NCBI GenBank assembly: GCA_012295275.1
Contig: CM022671.1
Location: 33,852,001-33,916,000 of the forward strand
From: Chrysomallon squamiferum
Taxonomy: Eukaryota; Animalia; Mollusca
Length of the DNA stretch: 64,000 nt
Direction of reading: 5' to 3'
Part shown: positions 21,306-37,229 of the stretch, in pieces
Layout of the letters: each line of letters opens with the position of its first letter
How positions within the stretch are numbered: the first letter of the stretch is position 1
Position numbers and translations under genes: made by a program
Notes under the pieces: model-generated
The model's database searches: none
Told to the model about the DNA's origin: nothing
Seen by the model: the letters and a program-made list of their open reading frames with translations, nothing else

Positions 21306-24300
21306 TCAACGTAACTTGATCTTCTTTTTTGATGTACGAAATTTCTCATGGCCTGCAAATAATAAATATAAATGTCTTATGAGATCATCATTGTTCTTCT
21401 GTTATTGTTTCTGAGCTGATTAATGCAGTGCACATTTTTTGAAACTGATCACTGTTTTGTGTAGTTCTTGTCATTTAATGCAAATATTTTTCATCATTTT
21501 GTTGATCTTGATTCAAATATAAGAAGATTATTTAAAATGTACAATAAAGACCAATAATAATAATAATAATAATAACAACAACAACAATAATAAGAGAAAA
21601 GAGTGAACTCCCTTTGTCAGACTGATTTATCTTTCCCTTTGACATTGGTGCTGTTGTCTATGATGACATAATGGTATATGTTTTCTATGTGCTTTTTTTT
21701 TTATCACTGCATCAGGAAACAAAAACAAAGAATATATATATAACTCTCTATTCCGATAGCAATGATATCCACTGAATGAATTCGTTTATGCCTTAGGCAG
21801 CCCCCAGACCCCTTGTTCAATTTAAGTGTTTTTGCCTCATTTCAAAAAGAGTCTAGTTAACGGTTATAGTGCATATATCTATTTGTATGCAGTGTCTTAC
21901 CTCGTATATTTTGAAGTTTGCTGTCCTGCGTGTAAACCAGAACAGCTTGAGGTGTCAGTTTGTCACCAAGGACGACAGGGACTGCTGGTGCTTTGTCATT
22001 CAAATGTTTAGATCGTTTTGGCATCACCGATGATTCCATGTATATTCGGGGAAGTGAATCAACCAGTTGTCTGAATAAATCAGTCAGTTAATATTTAATC
22101 CTAGCACCATTTATTAAATATAATATATAATGTAATATAATATACTGGCTATTTGGTATAAATGTAAATGATTTATATAAATGAAATTTATAATTATGGA
22201 TAATATGTATTATGTGCTTCAATGTAATGCTACTTTCAAAATGTTTTATGTAATACTGTTCTGATGGTTTACAATTATACCCAAATTTAAAGCGTACTAA
22301 ACGGTGTCGTATAAAATTGGTGTATTTAAATTATTTATATTTCTAAGTTGCTGTACTATTGACTTGGCTGACCTAGCGCTCATAACGAAGTATGACATTA
22401 AATCAATACTGTTAAAAAGCATTAACCGCTTTGTATCTGACGTCGTGACGTCATTGCGTACATGGCGGGCAGGTATGTAGTACATATGTTAATTTTCTAA
22501 GAACATTAAAAACAAAAACTTAGCAAATCGATCAGCCCTGTACGCGACAACCTTACAATAATGGTGCCCAGACATGGTTAAGCTTTATCCATGTATGTCA
22601 TTATGGAATAAATAAATACTGATTATTTCTAATCTTACCAAACGGACTTGACTAACATTAAAAAACAGAATAAAAAATAATAATAAAAAAAAAAAAATAA
22701 TAATAATTAAATTAAAAATTACTTCGCTTTCTGCATCGTTTTCGTCCTCCACGGGCAAGAAGTTGCTTTAAATGCCGGAAAGAGTTGACTGTTCGAAGAC
22801 TGAATACCATCATTTCGGTCAGTCATTTTCAAAGACCAGTGCTCGTGCAGAAGCGGAAGCGGAACTTTCGAGGAGCCCTTGGAAGATTTTTTCTCCACTA
22901 CTTTTTCTTGTGATGAAGATTTCGTATGCGCTCCGGGTAAAGAATGTTTTGTCGTTATGTCTTTCCGATCCCTTCTCAGCGACCCGAACTGAAGATCAGG
23001 AGAGCTGTTTGGATTCGATATACTCGCTCGCTTTGCACACATCTTATGTTGTGAAAGAAATCTGCCTCTTAACGGAAGACTGCTTCGATATTCAGGCTTG
23101 GACGCAGATGCACTGGCGGACTTCAACGACGGCGATGACGTAGATGGAGCAGATACTTTTGTATTGTCTTTTGAGCTCGACGGATTCTTTTTCTTGGCAA
23201 CATCAGTACGACTATTTTTATTTGCTTCTCGACGGCTGCCAGATACAACAGTGAATTTGTTTCCATACATAAATTCGTCATTTTCCGACTCCGTGTGCGA
23301 CCACGGTCTAATGGATTCCCGTGACGTGGATATTTGTTTCTGCGCTCTTCCCTGAGATTTAGAACTTTTACTCTTCGTTGGCAGATTTGTGCTTCCAGTA
23401 TTTTTCACATCCTTTTTAGAAGTGTTGGTCTTGTGTTTGCTTTCTTCTTCGGAAGTGGAGTATCCGTCGTTTTCTGCCTGTTCTCCTTTAGCCTTCTTTC
23501 TTGACTTTCTTCGTTTCCAGCGATTGTATCTTAAGTCGACGTTTGGAACGTAGAAGCCATGCTGTTTCATAGAAGCAGGCAAATCTAAAAAAACAAAACA
23601 AAAAAACGTCTGTAAGTATTCCTATTTATTTTTCTGTCGCTTACTGTTGGACTTTCTTTTTGTTAATTACCACAAGTTTCAGTTCAAGGTTATTGTTGTT
23701 GCTGTTTTTGTTGTTCTTGTTTAAGATATATGGATTAATTTTCTGTGATAGACAATTAAATGTACATTTAAATAAAGCAGATATATTTAGAATTTTGATT
23801 AAGTTTCTGTTATTGTCTTCAGCATGTCAGGTATTAGATAGCTGAGATAAAATTAAAATAAAATAAAGTTAATAATTACTTTATAAAAAAGCTGAAATAA
23901 AACAAAGATACTAAAAACGTTTCACTGTTTATTTATTTGTTTTGTTTTGTGTGTGTGATAAAATATTATTAATAAACCTTTTTCCCCCATTTTGACAACA
24001 CCCACCTGGAAAGGAATTAAAATATTTTACGATGTGATCTGCGTTTTCTACATCGGAACTCGACTGCTCAGAAAGGTTATCTCCCCTAGCAGAAATCTTC
24101 TTTATGCCCTTCTTCCTACGACACTTGATTTTTTCTTTCCCTCCAACGGCGTTATCGGTGCTGTAGCAGCTGCCAACAGAACTAGAACGACTGCTGCAGT
24201 TATGACGCGATGGACTGCTGTCCTCTTCACTGTTATTGTGTCTGGAAACCGCTTTCATTTCACGGTCTTCATCCTCATCTGACGATCCCACTGGATAAAA

Positions 24301-27300
24301 TGCAATGTCCTGATTATACATAGATTCAACAACATAAGCAGCCTCAGCAGAAATTGAATGGTTCCATACAGTCGTTCTTTTGTGCATCATAGATGGAGGT
24401 TTCGCCATAAACTCAAAACTATTTTGTCCGTCTCGCTTTTTCTCTGCTTCGGTGACTGTATGATTAGCAGCGATTTTTCCTTCACTGTCCAAGGCAGTAT
24501 AACTTTTTTTGCGTTCTAAAAATCGCAAACTCGACTTTGGGGAGTGTACAGTCCTTTTTGAAACATCATCGCCTGCTTCTTTATTAGGGACAAATTTATT
24601 ATTTGTGACAACAGATACAGTGATTTTGTCATTTTCTTGAGTATCAGTGACCGGATCTTTCGTTTCGGTTTCTACTCCGACTCTCTTCATCACATCTCGG
24701 ACGTTATCAACAGACTTGGCCTCTGGTGTGCAAGAGTCCCAGGACAGCCTGCTTAAACCAGACCTTTCAGACGGCGATGTGCTAGTTGGAAGTTCAATTG
24801 CAGTAGAGGTTGTTACATAGGAAAGAGCTGTTCCGCTCAACGGAGTTTCCTCTCTAGAAGAAAATACCTGACGTGACTGAGGTCTGGCATTGGAAATAAT
24901 CTCATCCGGGCTGGCAAACCGCACATCTGAAATTAAAATTTAGTTAACTGATAATTAAAGTTTAATAATGACCATGAGGTAGGTGATGATAATAATAATT
25001 ATGATAATACTGACAAATATTCTAAATAGACGTGATGCCGAACGTTCTTAATACATATCAACAGTTTCCTTTATCCCTGTTACTTTAGATCATTTTTTTT
25101 TTTTTTATTAAAAACCGCTGGTAGATAGATGTTCAACAAGATATTGATTGAAAAAAAAAAAAATAAAATAAAATAAAATAAAATTAATAATAATAATAAT
25201 AATAAAAATAAAATCACCTGATAAAGATCCTGTATCAATCTGTACGTCGATGAGGGAGTTTGGTTTATCGACATCGTTCGCCATCCAGTGATTCAGTCGT
25301 GGAGAATTTTTCTTAGATTCTAAACTTCCATTACATGATGTGACTTGACAGTTTGCCCGACTCGAACAATCGCTATCTCCATTTCTCGGTGAGATGACAG
25401 CTGTTCCGATTTCATGTGCAGATGTGTTAGGTTTTTCTCCTGCATCAGTTAGTGTCGGCAAATTCGGCTGTTTTAAATCGTCGCGCAAGTTTCTGTTCGA
25501 TTGTCGTTCTTCAGTATCTTGTCCTGAAGTCTTAGCGATTGAAGAAGTGTTTGCTTTTCGTTTTGTCTTTGGACTTTGTTTCTCTGAAACGCCTTTTTTC
25601 TCTGCCGGTGATTGTTTGTCTGCGACTGTATTCCGAACAGACTGTTTTTCATTGTTATGTTTCTCTTTCAGCCGTTTTTTTGCAATGGAATTTTGACACG
25701 CGCGTTGTTCTTTAAAACAGCCTGACCTTGGAATGTCTTTTGAATCGGCTGCAGGTTCTGAGGACTTGCCAATGCTTGTAGAAGGCTTTTCCAGAATTTC
25801 ACTTTTACCAGCATGTTTTAAAATCTCGGATGTAGATTTTATTTGCAAATTGTTTAAATTGGAATTTCCGTCGGACTGGTTTTCTACTTTAGAAGCTTGG
25901 TTTGTCTGCTGTTTTACCCTGGAATTTGTCTGACCTACATGTTTGGTTTTATATTTTCGTTTTATGCGCTGTTTTCTATAAGTTTGCCGAGGACTTTCGT
26001 CTGCATTACAATACTGCTCCAGATTCTTTTCTTTCTTGATTCGTAGTTTCGAGATACGTTTTGACTTAGAACGGTGAGTTATTTTTAATTTTAGGCGTCT
26101 GTTTCGAATGGGCGTTTTCTGTACCAGTGTTTCTGAGTCTTGTGCCTCCTGGTAACCAGAAACTTGACCCAAGTCTTTATTAACATTATTAATCTTGGAT
26201 GCATCCTGAACTCCCACTGTCTTTTCACTTTCGAAGCAGCTGTCTGAAACTTTTGTTTTCGTTTTGTGGCGTTTGTGTTCGTCTTGGTTCTTTTGTCCAA
26301 ATGTATTTGACGATTTTTTATCTTTACAAGAATCACCTATATTCCTTTCATGAATAGTCATCTTCGACGTACTTAGTGTTTCGATTGAAGCTTTGCTTTC
26401 AAGCCCTCTGTCCATCCTCTCGTCGTCCTTTCTTTTACATGACATGTTAAGCGATTCTTCTAGGTTAGTAGTCTCTGACAAGTAACCGGGTTCAGCTGTA
26501 TCTCCGCCGCCGCTATTTGATTTTGCTGTAGTCAACAAAACATCTGTTTCTCCACTTCTCGAAACAGAATCCTCCCCTTTGACTTTCGTAGGTGACTCTG
26601 TTACCTCGTTTTGGTTGTCTTTTACACTGTTACCGACTGCTTCACTGTATATGGTCAATCTTTTTCCTTCATTTTCCAAATCCGGGCTCAAACCTGGATT
26701 CGCCTTTGTAGACGGGGGTCGGTTTTCTTCCCTGTTCTCGTGAGACGCGCTAGATAACCTGCTTTTCTGCGTGTCCGTTAAGGCATCAGCGTCAGTTTGT
26801 ATTTCACTGCTGTACTCCCATGGTGTGGTGATGGGGCTGTCGTCATTGTGATTTCCCGTGTAAATGTTGAACTCACTTACATTGCTTGCTGGATTGAATT
26901 CCTCGCTTATACTTTCCAGTGCACTTTTCAGTGGGCTGTAGTTCCTGTTAGAGTCTGTTTCAGACATTGATTCCTTGGCCCTTCTCTCGTCATACCGCCT
27001 CTCTTGGAAGGTACACGCAATTCCATACACCCCGCTACCGAACTGCTGCGTTTTGCACATTCTGTAGTTGTCGGCTGCTTCAGTGGCGGGACTTCTCGCA
27101 TTGCGCAGGTGCAGAATATCTTTCGTGTATCTGGTTACGAAAGACGGATCTTCGTCGAATTCGTCCATCTTATACGTTCCAACTTTTTTCGAAGAACTGC
27201 AATTCGTGTCGCGATTCTCTTTTATGAATCTCTTCAGGATATCGTCGGTGTACGTTGTTGTGCACGAGTTCACGGTTTCAATGTCTTTCGTTGCGTTTGA

Positions 27301-27678
27301 GCCTTCTGCACACACATATGGCGCGTTCGTCCGATCTCTCTCTGAAACGAGGGCATCATTTTTCTCGTCTGTCAGTGGATGTTTCTTCAATGACAATATC
27401 CCACCCATTGCCGTTGAGTTCTTGCGTTTAACACTGCTGTCGCTGTCGCACCGAAGACGTGAAGTTAGTTTCGTTACATTGAGGATGCCACTGCAGGAAA
27501 TGTATACAGTAGGCTTATCTGAAAATATAGAAATGTATTCTAAATATACTTTCGTTCTAAAATCAATTACCAAATTTTTAATTTTTATTTATCTATTTTA
27601 TTGGTGGTATATTGTTTTGTTTTTTTTGTAATAATTTGCTATAACTTGTGTAATGTTGTTTAAAATAGTTTTTTACCT

Positions 27679-27766
<88 letters not shown>

Positions 27767-29295
27767 ATCCTTGTCTCTCTCTCTCTCTCTAATGGATAGA
27801 TAGATAGATATTCTTTTTTAAACAAAATAATAAATTTAATGACACCATCGACATAACCTAGATGTATGGAGTTTGCACTTCATATATACCTTTGTCAGTC
27901 TCCTTTCTTCTTTCGGCGTTGGGAGAGTAATTGCGAGACGTGTTTTTAGTACACCAGTAATGATACTGAACCAACGGGTAGGAATGGTGGGACTTTATAT
28001 GAAACGAATGCAGAAAAACATGTCAGTACACAAATGTTGTTACAATACTCTATTCCAACACGCGAGTCGTATGTCAGTATAGTTTATTACTGTTAGTTAA
28101 TAAGGAAAATATGCACTTGTTACTTAGACATAATTACCAACGATATCCTATGTTGTAATTTTAAAAATAGACTGAATAAATTATAGTAATAACATAATTT
28201 TAATATTTTCATTTCTCGGTTAAACTTAAAAAATAATAATAATAATAACAACAACAACAACAACAACAAAAATGCTAATGTGACAAACTGAAATGTTTAA
28301 TAAGTAATAACAAGCAGCAATATCTAAGAAAAACTGTATTAGATGGATCTATATTGATCAGAATGTATAATCCAACGGCATCATCGATTGGAATGGGTTT
28401 AGTTTCAAGGGAGATAACTATAAGACAAACAGTTCTTAGGCCCATCTACTATTTGTTGAGATTTATGTGGGGGGGGGTATTTCAGAAAAGATTATTCACT
28501 CAAAAGATCATATTTACCAAAAACCGGAAATGAAAATAAAAAAAAACATACATAATTCATAGCTTAAGTGATTTTTTAAAATAATGTATAATAAATTGTT
28601 GCTCTTAGACATTTAGAACAAAATGTAATCACTGCTGTACTTAATGCAAAAATAATAATAATAGCTATGCCTTTGCGTAATCGTGCACTGTTTATAATTT
28701 AAAAAACCCCGAAGAACATGACGATTTATACGACTACTCCTTTCACCTGTACATGTTCCGCTGCATATTTCCCTTATTCCGTTCCATGGAAGACGTCATT
28801 CCATGGCTCGGTTCAAATGTGTTTTTATGACGTCATACTCGACATTAAGCCATGAGGAAATGTTTCGCAACTACTATTTAACCAGATAATAAAATGTCAA
28901 AGCTAAATTATAAACAATGCGCTGTGTTACGGATGAAATTTTAAACTCGTTCTATCACGTCAAATGGTTTAAATAAAATTGTGACGTGTAATTTTTTAAT
29001 TATATGTAGAACCTAATCAGTAGCGGCGATGATTTAAATGTGAATAGAGTAATAATAATCATAACATTAACAATAACAATAATAATTATAATGCCTAGAA
29101 TCTAACTATATTTTATATGCAAAAAGTAATTCTGTACCAGAAATGGTTTAAGAAAAAAAAAGAAAAATAAAAAAGATGTATTCTTATACAGAAAGATGGA
29201 TTTGTCAGTGGTTTGTTTGTTTGTTTATTCTTGTTTACCTCAAGTCCTACACTATCAGTGTGTCTAAATAGTCAGAACTAATTCTGATTATAAAT

Positions 29296-29330
<35 letters not shown>

Positions 29331-29761
29331 TTCATTTTAATAATATAATGTAATTTATTTTATTTTTTAATAATTTATATTAAATTAAATAGTTATATCT
29401 GTCAATAATAATATTAATAATAATAATAAATATAATAACAACACCACCACCACCAACAACAACAACAACAACAATAATAAATAATTAAATAATATTCTTG
29501 CATCTCATTAGAGTTATAACTATTATTTTTTCCCCCTCCAAAAAGACTGGTGAACACTCAAAAAGAGAAAGATGCCTGATGTTTATTCTGATGTTAAGTG
29601 TTTTCTGTTTGTAATGAGTAAAAATGTTTCCTAACCTTTACAAATGGCGAATAGTCTCTCAAATGGACGGAATTCCACCGGTATTTTGCATTGGGGACAA
29701 GTTTCCGACATTTATCTTTTTGATGAAACTGTATGGCCTCTCCCGATTTTACACAGTTCAT
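21306..29761 (-). CDS. Uncharacterised ~1500-aa Ser/Lys/Glu-rich, largely disordered protein, 7 coding exons
   Basis: Exons (minus strand) 29761-29636, 27965-27890, 27518-25218, 24926-24006, 23584-22723, 22070-21901, 21352-21306. All are GT-AG and phase-consistent (4503 nt), and they link the 821-, 331- and 287-aa ORFs. No domain recognised. A possible non-coding first exon ends near 32120. Confidence 0.75.
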
Positions 29762-29818
29762 AGGAATCTGAAAACATGAATAAAAAAATAAATAAATAAA
29801 TAAATAAATAAAAATAAA

Positions 29819-29856
<38 letters not shown>

Positions 29857-30194
29857 TAGTAATAGTAATAATAATTATAGTAATAATAATAAATAATAAC
29901 AATCAACAACAACAAAATATGACTGTGATGATTAAGAATGGTAAACAAAAAAACATATACGGACCCTCACTCTCTCTCTGAACGTATGAATGCATGTATG
30001 TGTGTGTATTTGTCTCGTGGGAATTAAATATACCAGTTCACCTATTCCTTTTTTTTCTTTCTTTTTTTATGGTTATTTATTTATTTGTTTGTTTGTTTGT
30101 TTTATTCTTTCCTGTCGTATCAGTTTTAGACGGTTAGTTTATATCAACGGCCGGGTCACGTTTTCGTCCTGCTATGGAAAAACATAGGCGACTG

Positions 30195-31098
<904 letters not shown>

Positions 31099-31489
31099 TT
31101 TAAAGGATATTATGTTACTGAAGATAATCAATAGATATTTTTATTTTTAAATTATCTATTAAACAAATATCTATGCTTTTTTTCACACGTTACAACAAAA
31201 TAATAATCATTTTCATCACCAAATTATGTAACTGAATTATAATATCAGTTTATATAAATAAAGGTATAGTGAGGTGAATTTATTTATTCTTTACAAACCT
31301 TGCCGGAAACTGGACTCTGGCACGGAGTTAGGCTTTCTGTGATTTCCGTGTCGCCCTTTAGTCCGAAAACAGAAAACACTGGGTCATTTGGACTAAGGAA
31401 GCTTGTCGCGCTTTTCTGGAGCTTATGAAACGTCAGGCCCTGTAAGGCAAAATAAATGATGTTATTGTTGTTTCTGTTGTTGATGATGA

Positions 31490-31693
31490 TGTTGTCTGTC
31501 TTTCTCTCTCTCTCTTTGTCTCTCTTTCTGTCTCTCTCTGTCTCTCACTCACTCTTTAAATCTCTTTTTCTATCTCTCTTTGTCTCTCTTTCTGTCTCTC
31601 TGTCTCTCACTCACTCTTTAAATCTCTTTTTCTATCTCTCTTTGTCTCTCTTTCTGTCTCTCTTTGTCTCTCACTCTCTCTTTAAATCTCTCT

Positions 31694-31777
<84 letters not shown>

Positions 31778-32090
31778 TTCTGTATCTCTCTGAATCTCTG
31801 TAAATGTAGTTGTTGTTTACGTACAACTAACATTAATTTGTCTGTACGATAAACTTTCGATTTCTACTGAAATTTATATTACTTGTGTTCATATCTTCAC
31901 TGGAGAGTACGAATCTACGCTGTACAACAATAAATTAAAAAAATAGACATGTGTTGTTTTAGTCGTGGACATCACGATTTTATGTTTTTATTATAGATTT
32001 ATTATAAATATCTTGTCTTTATTAGAAGCTCCTTCCAAACAGAAACGGCTAGATAGTGAATTTCTATTGCTTCTACACTGAATTAATTTG
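31490..32090. repeat. Dispersed repeat, copy 2 (matches 5640-6290), with a ~65-bp CT-rich unit repeated about 3 times at its left end
   Basis: Direct match to 5986-6290 over 31790-32090. The motif TCTCACTCACTCTTTAAATCTC recurs at ~31545, 31605 and 31670. Confidence 0.8.
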
Positions 32091-32099
32091 CATTGGTAG

Positions 32100-32382
32100 G
32101 TCATAAGAAAAGCTTTACCTTTGAAATTCGTTTCTGTGAATCACTAAATGTCATCTGAAAGGATCCTGCCCTTCGACTAGTCCTAACAGTTTTATTAGGT
32201 GCCTGGCTAGCCAGACCCATTCTGGTTTTTTGTAATTTCAATCCAAATAATTGAAACAATCTCAGCCTGCTAATACAGAACTTGGTATTTCGTGTTCTGC
32301 TAAGAAAACAATGATATGACGTCAGTAAATTTTTCCGGTGACGTAATTAGATCGTCTCGCGTAGTTTATTTTATTTAGTGTT

Positions 32383-32414
<32 letters not shown>

Positions 32415-32555
32415 TGCTGTTGTTAATTTTATTAATGTTTATGTTTATTTTATTTTATTTATGTTTTAATATTAATTATTATTAATTTTATTTCACGAAA
32501 ACAGCTTAAATCCACATGGTCGTACGACGTTGAGGACGAAATTCTAAACATCATC

Positions 32556-32592
<37 letters not shown>

Positions 32593-33000
32593 GCGTGTGT
32601 GTGTGTGTGTGTGTAATTTATTTATTTACTAGAATTATTTTATTAAGAGAATGCATGTCCTTTATGAACATAAAACAACTTCTGATACCCTAAGCTATAT
32701 TACAGATAAACCAGCGGATTTTCTATCTCGATATTTCTTTCCATTCATAATATATATATACGGACGGCTGAGAGATTTATTCTTTTCTGAAACGAAAGAT
32801 AATTATGCATTTTGCCCAGGGGAGATAACTTCATATTACTCTTCAGCGTGTGAAAATACATTCCTAAAATGGTGTCCATCGTTGCAGAAATACTACTACT
32901 AAATACATACCAGTAATTTTGATAACATATTAAAAACAGAAGTATCAGAACAAACAGATTGAAAGCAAAAATGGCTTTGCTGTGATCTGGCGGTATCAAT
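32100..33000. promoter_or_regulatory. Probable divergent promoter region between the uncharacterised gene and CDK20
   Basis: The two genes are head-to-head. CRE TGACGTCA at 32317-32324, TGACGTAA at 32339-32346, local CpG enrichment and a minus-strand donor (AAG|GTAAAG) near 32120. Confidence 0.45.
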
Positions 33001-33379
33001 GTAATTTGAACATAAATGTTATCACAAGTATTTGGGATAATGGTGTGATAAGAGCGTAGTTACTTTTAAAAACAAATTAATTGTACTATTTATCTGCCTA
33101 TTGAAGTATTATTGTTGTTGCAGTTTTTGTTAATAATTCAATAAGTTTTAAAATTAAATATAACGGTAATTGTCAAATTATAAAGTGATCAATTAGTTTC
33201 ATTTACTAAATCGAATTATTCACGTAAATTTAATTATTTACGAGTGACATTTATATAAATTTTGAGTAACAGAGAGAGAGGACAATCAGGACATTCTTTC
33301 CAAATCCCATATCCAAATAAACAAAGCTGTTTTTATATTTGTGCTTAATGATATATATTAAATTCTTGAATTTCAGATA

Positions 33380-36300
33380 ATGGAACAATATACAATTTTA
33401 GGACGAGTGGGAGAAGGAGCTCATGGTATTGTATTCAAAGCAAAACACATAGAGGTGAATATCTCTTGTTCAGTATATTAAAAATCTTTTTTGTTAAATT
33501 TTCTTTTATCATATTTTGCAGTTTATTATTTGTGTTTTTGTGTTTATTTATTTATTGTCTGTTTTTTAAAAAAAAATTCTTATTCATTCTTAATTTTAAA
33601 ATTTCTTTTCTGGTTTTTGGTCAAACCATTTAATTATTGAAGTAAAACTTTTTGATATTTACTAAAAAAAAAAAAAAATTATTTTATTTTTATTTTAAAT
33701 TGAACATTTAAATAATTGTACCCCTAATTTACATTTTAATTTTCACTGTATAGTTGATATGCATTAAATTTTAGACTGGATCTACATTTCTAAAAAAGAA
33801 ATTTTAAAACACATTAACAATTACTTTGCCTTTATGATTAACTGTTTAAGTTGACAATCTTATCATCTTTACTTACAGAGTGGTGAAGTTGTTGCACTTA
33901 AGAAAGTTCCACTGAGAAACCTTGAAGATGGGATTCCAAACACAGCACTGAGGTTTTAGTTTTTCCTTGTCAAAAAATAAAAAAGATAGTGGGAAAAAAT
34001 TGAGAAAAACTTAAGAAATTATCTAAGATAACATCAATCAAAATAATTTGTGCAGAACTACAAAACTGTAACAGTTTTTTTTATTTCAGTTTTTTAATTT
34101 CATTTGGAAGATCTCAAACCCACAACTAGGTGACCTATAATACCTGGTATCCAAGTTGCTGACTAGTTGTTTAAGTCTGTCCTGTGGCAAATGTATACAT
34201 ATTGATTTTTAAGAAAACAAAGATCAAGAAAAAAAGAAATAAATTTACTGATGTGGATTACACCATATTTCAGTGTTACTAATGGATCTTTATATATATT
34301 TTGATTTCAGAGAGATAAAAGCTCTTCAAGAGATTGAGGACAATCCTTATGTAAGTAAGATTTTATGTGTAGTTGTGTTATTAAACACTATAAATTATTT
34401 TGTACATGTACAAGTACTCTCTCTCTCTCGCTCTCTCTGTCTGTCTGTCTGTCTGTCTCTCTTTTTTTTACCCGTCCCATCCCATCATTTATTTATTTAT
34501 TTATTTATTTATTTATGTGTTTATTTTAGACAGTGAAGCTACGTGAAGTGTTTCCACATGGTTCTGTGATAGTTCTTGTTTTTGAGTTCATGTTCTCTGA
34601 CCTGTCTGAGGTGATACGAAATTTTGACAAGCCTCTCACCGAGGCTCAGATAAAAACATACATGCTCATGCTACTCAAAGGTGTGGCTTTCTGCCATGAG
34701 AATAACATTATGCACAGAGTGAGTATATTCAAATAAAACACTTCTTAGACCATATTCACAAGAATCTCAAAACTGAATAATAAAGTAAAATATACACATT
34801 TACAAAAGCCACAATAGTAAAGTAAAGGATAAAAATAATACTAATAGTAATACTGAAGACACACATACATGTATGCAGACACACACACACACACACACAC
34901 GCACACACATTCACATACACAATTAATTTACACATTATTTTATTGTATATTTCTTGTTGTTGTTATTATTGTTATTATTAATTGTGTGTTGTTTTTCAGG
35001 ATCTGAAGCCAGCCAATCTACTAATTAGTTCAACAGGACATCTTAAAATAGCTGACTTTGGTTTGGCTCGAGTTTTTCAAAATGTTCGAGACAGGCAGTA
35101 CAGTCACCAGGTAGCAACCAGGTATTTTATTTCTAACATTTATTATTATTTGCTATAGTCACCAACAGCAAGTTCTGAGTTCAAATAACAGTGCAGCCAG
35201 CAGCTCATTTTTAACAAAAAACTCATTTTTCAAAGATGTAAAATGTCGTCAATGATCCAGGTGTATGAATGATTGTTTTTAATCTCTGATATGATCCATG
35301 AAAATCAGTTTATAAATATTTATGTCAAGAATATATATATTTTTTTTTTTTTTTTTTTTCACAGAACAGCTACATATTCTTAACAAATTATAAATTTTAA
35401 ACATTTAACTGATATTAAAACAAATTGCCATTTTGACAGTTTTCATTCAGACTGACATGGGCCTGAAAAACCCCCAAAACAAATCAAAAGAAATGATGTA
35501 AATGAAAAAGCAGTAAAAGAAAGACAAAAACTGTCACTTTATACATTGGCCTTCTTCAGTTAGCAAGAAGGGCAATTTTATATGCACCTTGCCACAAACA
35601 GGAAAGTATGTAGCAGTGTTGTTCATAAGCTAGTTGTGGGGCTCTGAGTGAGATTGGGAAAAATGGCCAGATTGTGGAGAGAGAATGATTTATTCTGTAG
35701 ATCATTTTACCTTATTTTGTTAACTCTAACCACTGAACCAAAACCAACCTTCAACTCTTACATAGTATCTGATCAAAGATTTTGATGCCCCCTTCTGACT
35801 GCTGAACAGCAGCACAGGTTTCTTAGATTAATACATATTCATTAATATATTTCATTAAACAAGTCAGAATTTATTTCATAATTTATTTATTTTGTCACAG
35901 CAGGATTTTGTGGCCACCAACTTTAATGGTTTCAGAAAAATTGGTTCTTATCACACGATATTCATTATGTCCTTCATTAAGAAACACTGCTGTAAATGTT
36001 AATTTATGCATTTATATTTTACTGGTTGTTGATTTACTTGTAATATTCATGTCTGATAATTCTGTTTTTTTTTGATGTTTTACTGAACATAATCTGTTTT
36101 GAAAACGTTTATATATATATATATATGTTACTAACACAAAAATCCATGCCTTATCTTTCTGAAAATCCTATGTAAGTTAAAACTTATTTTTATGTCTGAG
36201 CATGTCACCGTGAAATAATGCTATTATTTAATTTCAAAGCTAATCCAGGCTAACACTACATAAATATGGATCTATGTAAGTTGAACCAAGTAAATCAGGA

Positions 36301-36902
36301 GTGTTGTCTGCATTTGTTATATTCAACAGCTTGCAAATACGTCACTGAATGATTAATATTTTAATTTAGTATTATTGGTTTTTAAAAGCTTAAAACAAAA
36401 TACTGCATACTTCAAATTGATTTATTAATTTTTCTTCTGCTTTTTTGACAACTGTAAACTATTATTTATTGCTTTCTGTCTTTGTAGGAAAGAAAACTGT
36501 AGTCAAGTTTTAAATATTCACAGGACATGAATGTATTTATAAAATCATTGAATTATAAACTGAAAATTTAGATTTTTCTTTAATTTATTATTTAATTTTA
36601 TTATAGTTTCTGAAATTTTTATAATTTTGTTGAGATGTTGTAATAAAGGAAATGTAATACTGCCATTGTTTTTTCTCACTAGCAGCAAAGAATGTTTTAT
36701 TTGTGATAACTTCAGACAGGACTGTACACCATAGTCTTTGATAGACTTTTAATGAATTCTGTAGACTTAAATAGTAGTTATTATTATTCCTATTATTATT
36801 ATCAACATCATCATCATCATCTATATCATTATCATTATATGATTATTATTATTATTATTATCATCAACATCATTATTGTTGTTATTATCATCACAATCAT
36901 TT

Positions 36903-36958
<56 letters not shown>

Positions 36959-37170
36959 ATCACCATCAATATCATCAGCATTGTTGTTATTTATTTACAT
37001 ATTTACAGGTGGTATCGTGCTCCTGAATTGCTGTATGGAGCCAGGAAATATGATGAAGGCGTTGACTTATGGTAAGAATGCCTGTTACTTTTTTAAAACT
37101 ATGACTGTTGTAATTGTGATATTCACGTCAGTGTTCTGTTATAAACTCATAATTAGTTCATTTAGTATCG

Positions 37171-37229
<59 letters not shown>

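Noticed and set aside
22772-27631. Plus-strand ORFs (123, 100, 187 aa and others)
   Set aside because: They are antisense shadows of the large minus-strand exons.
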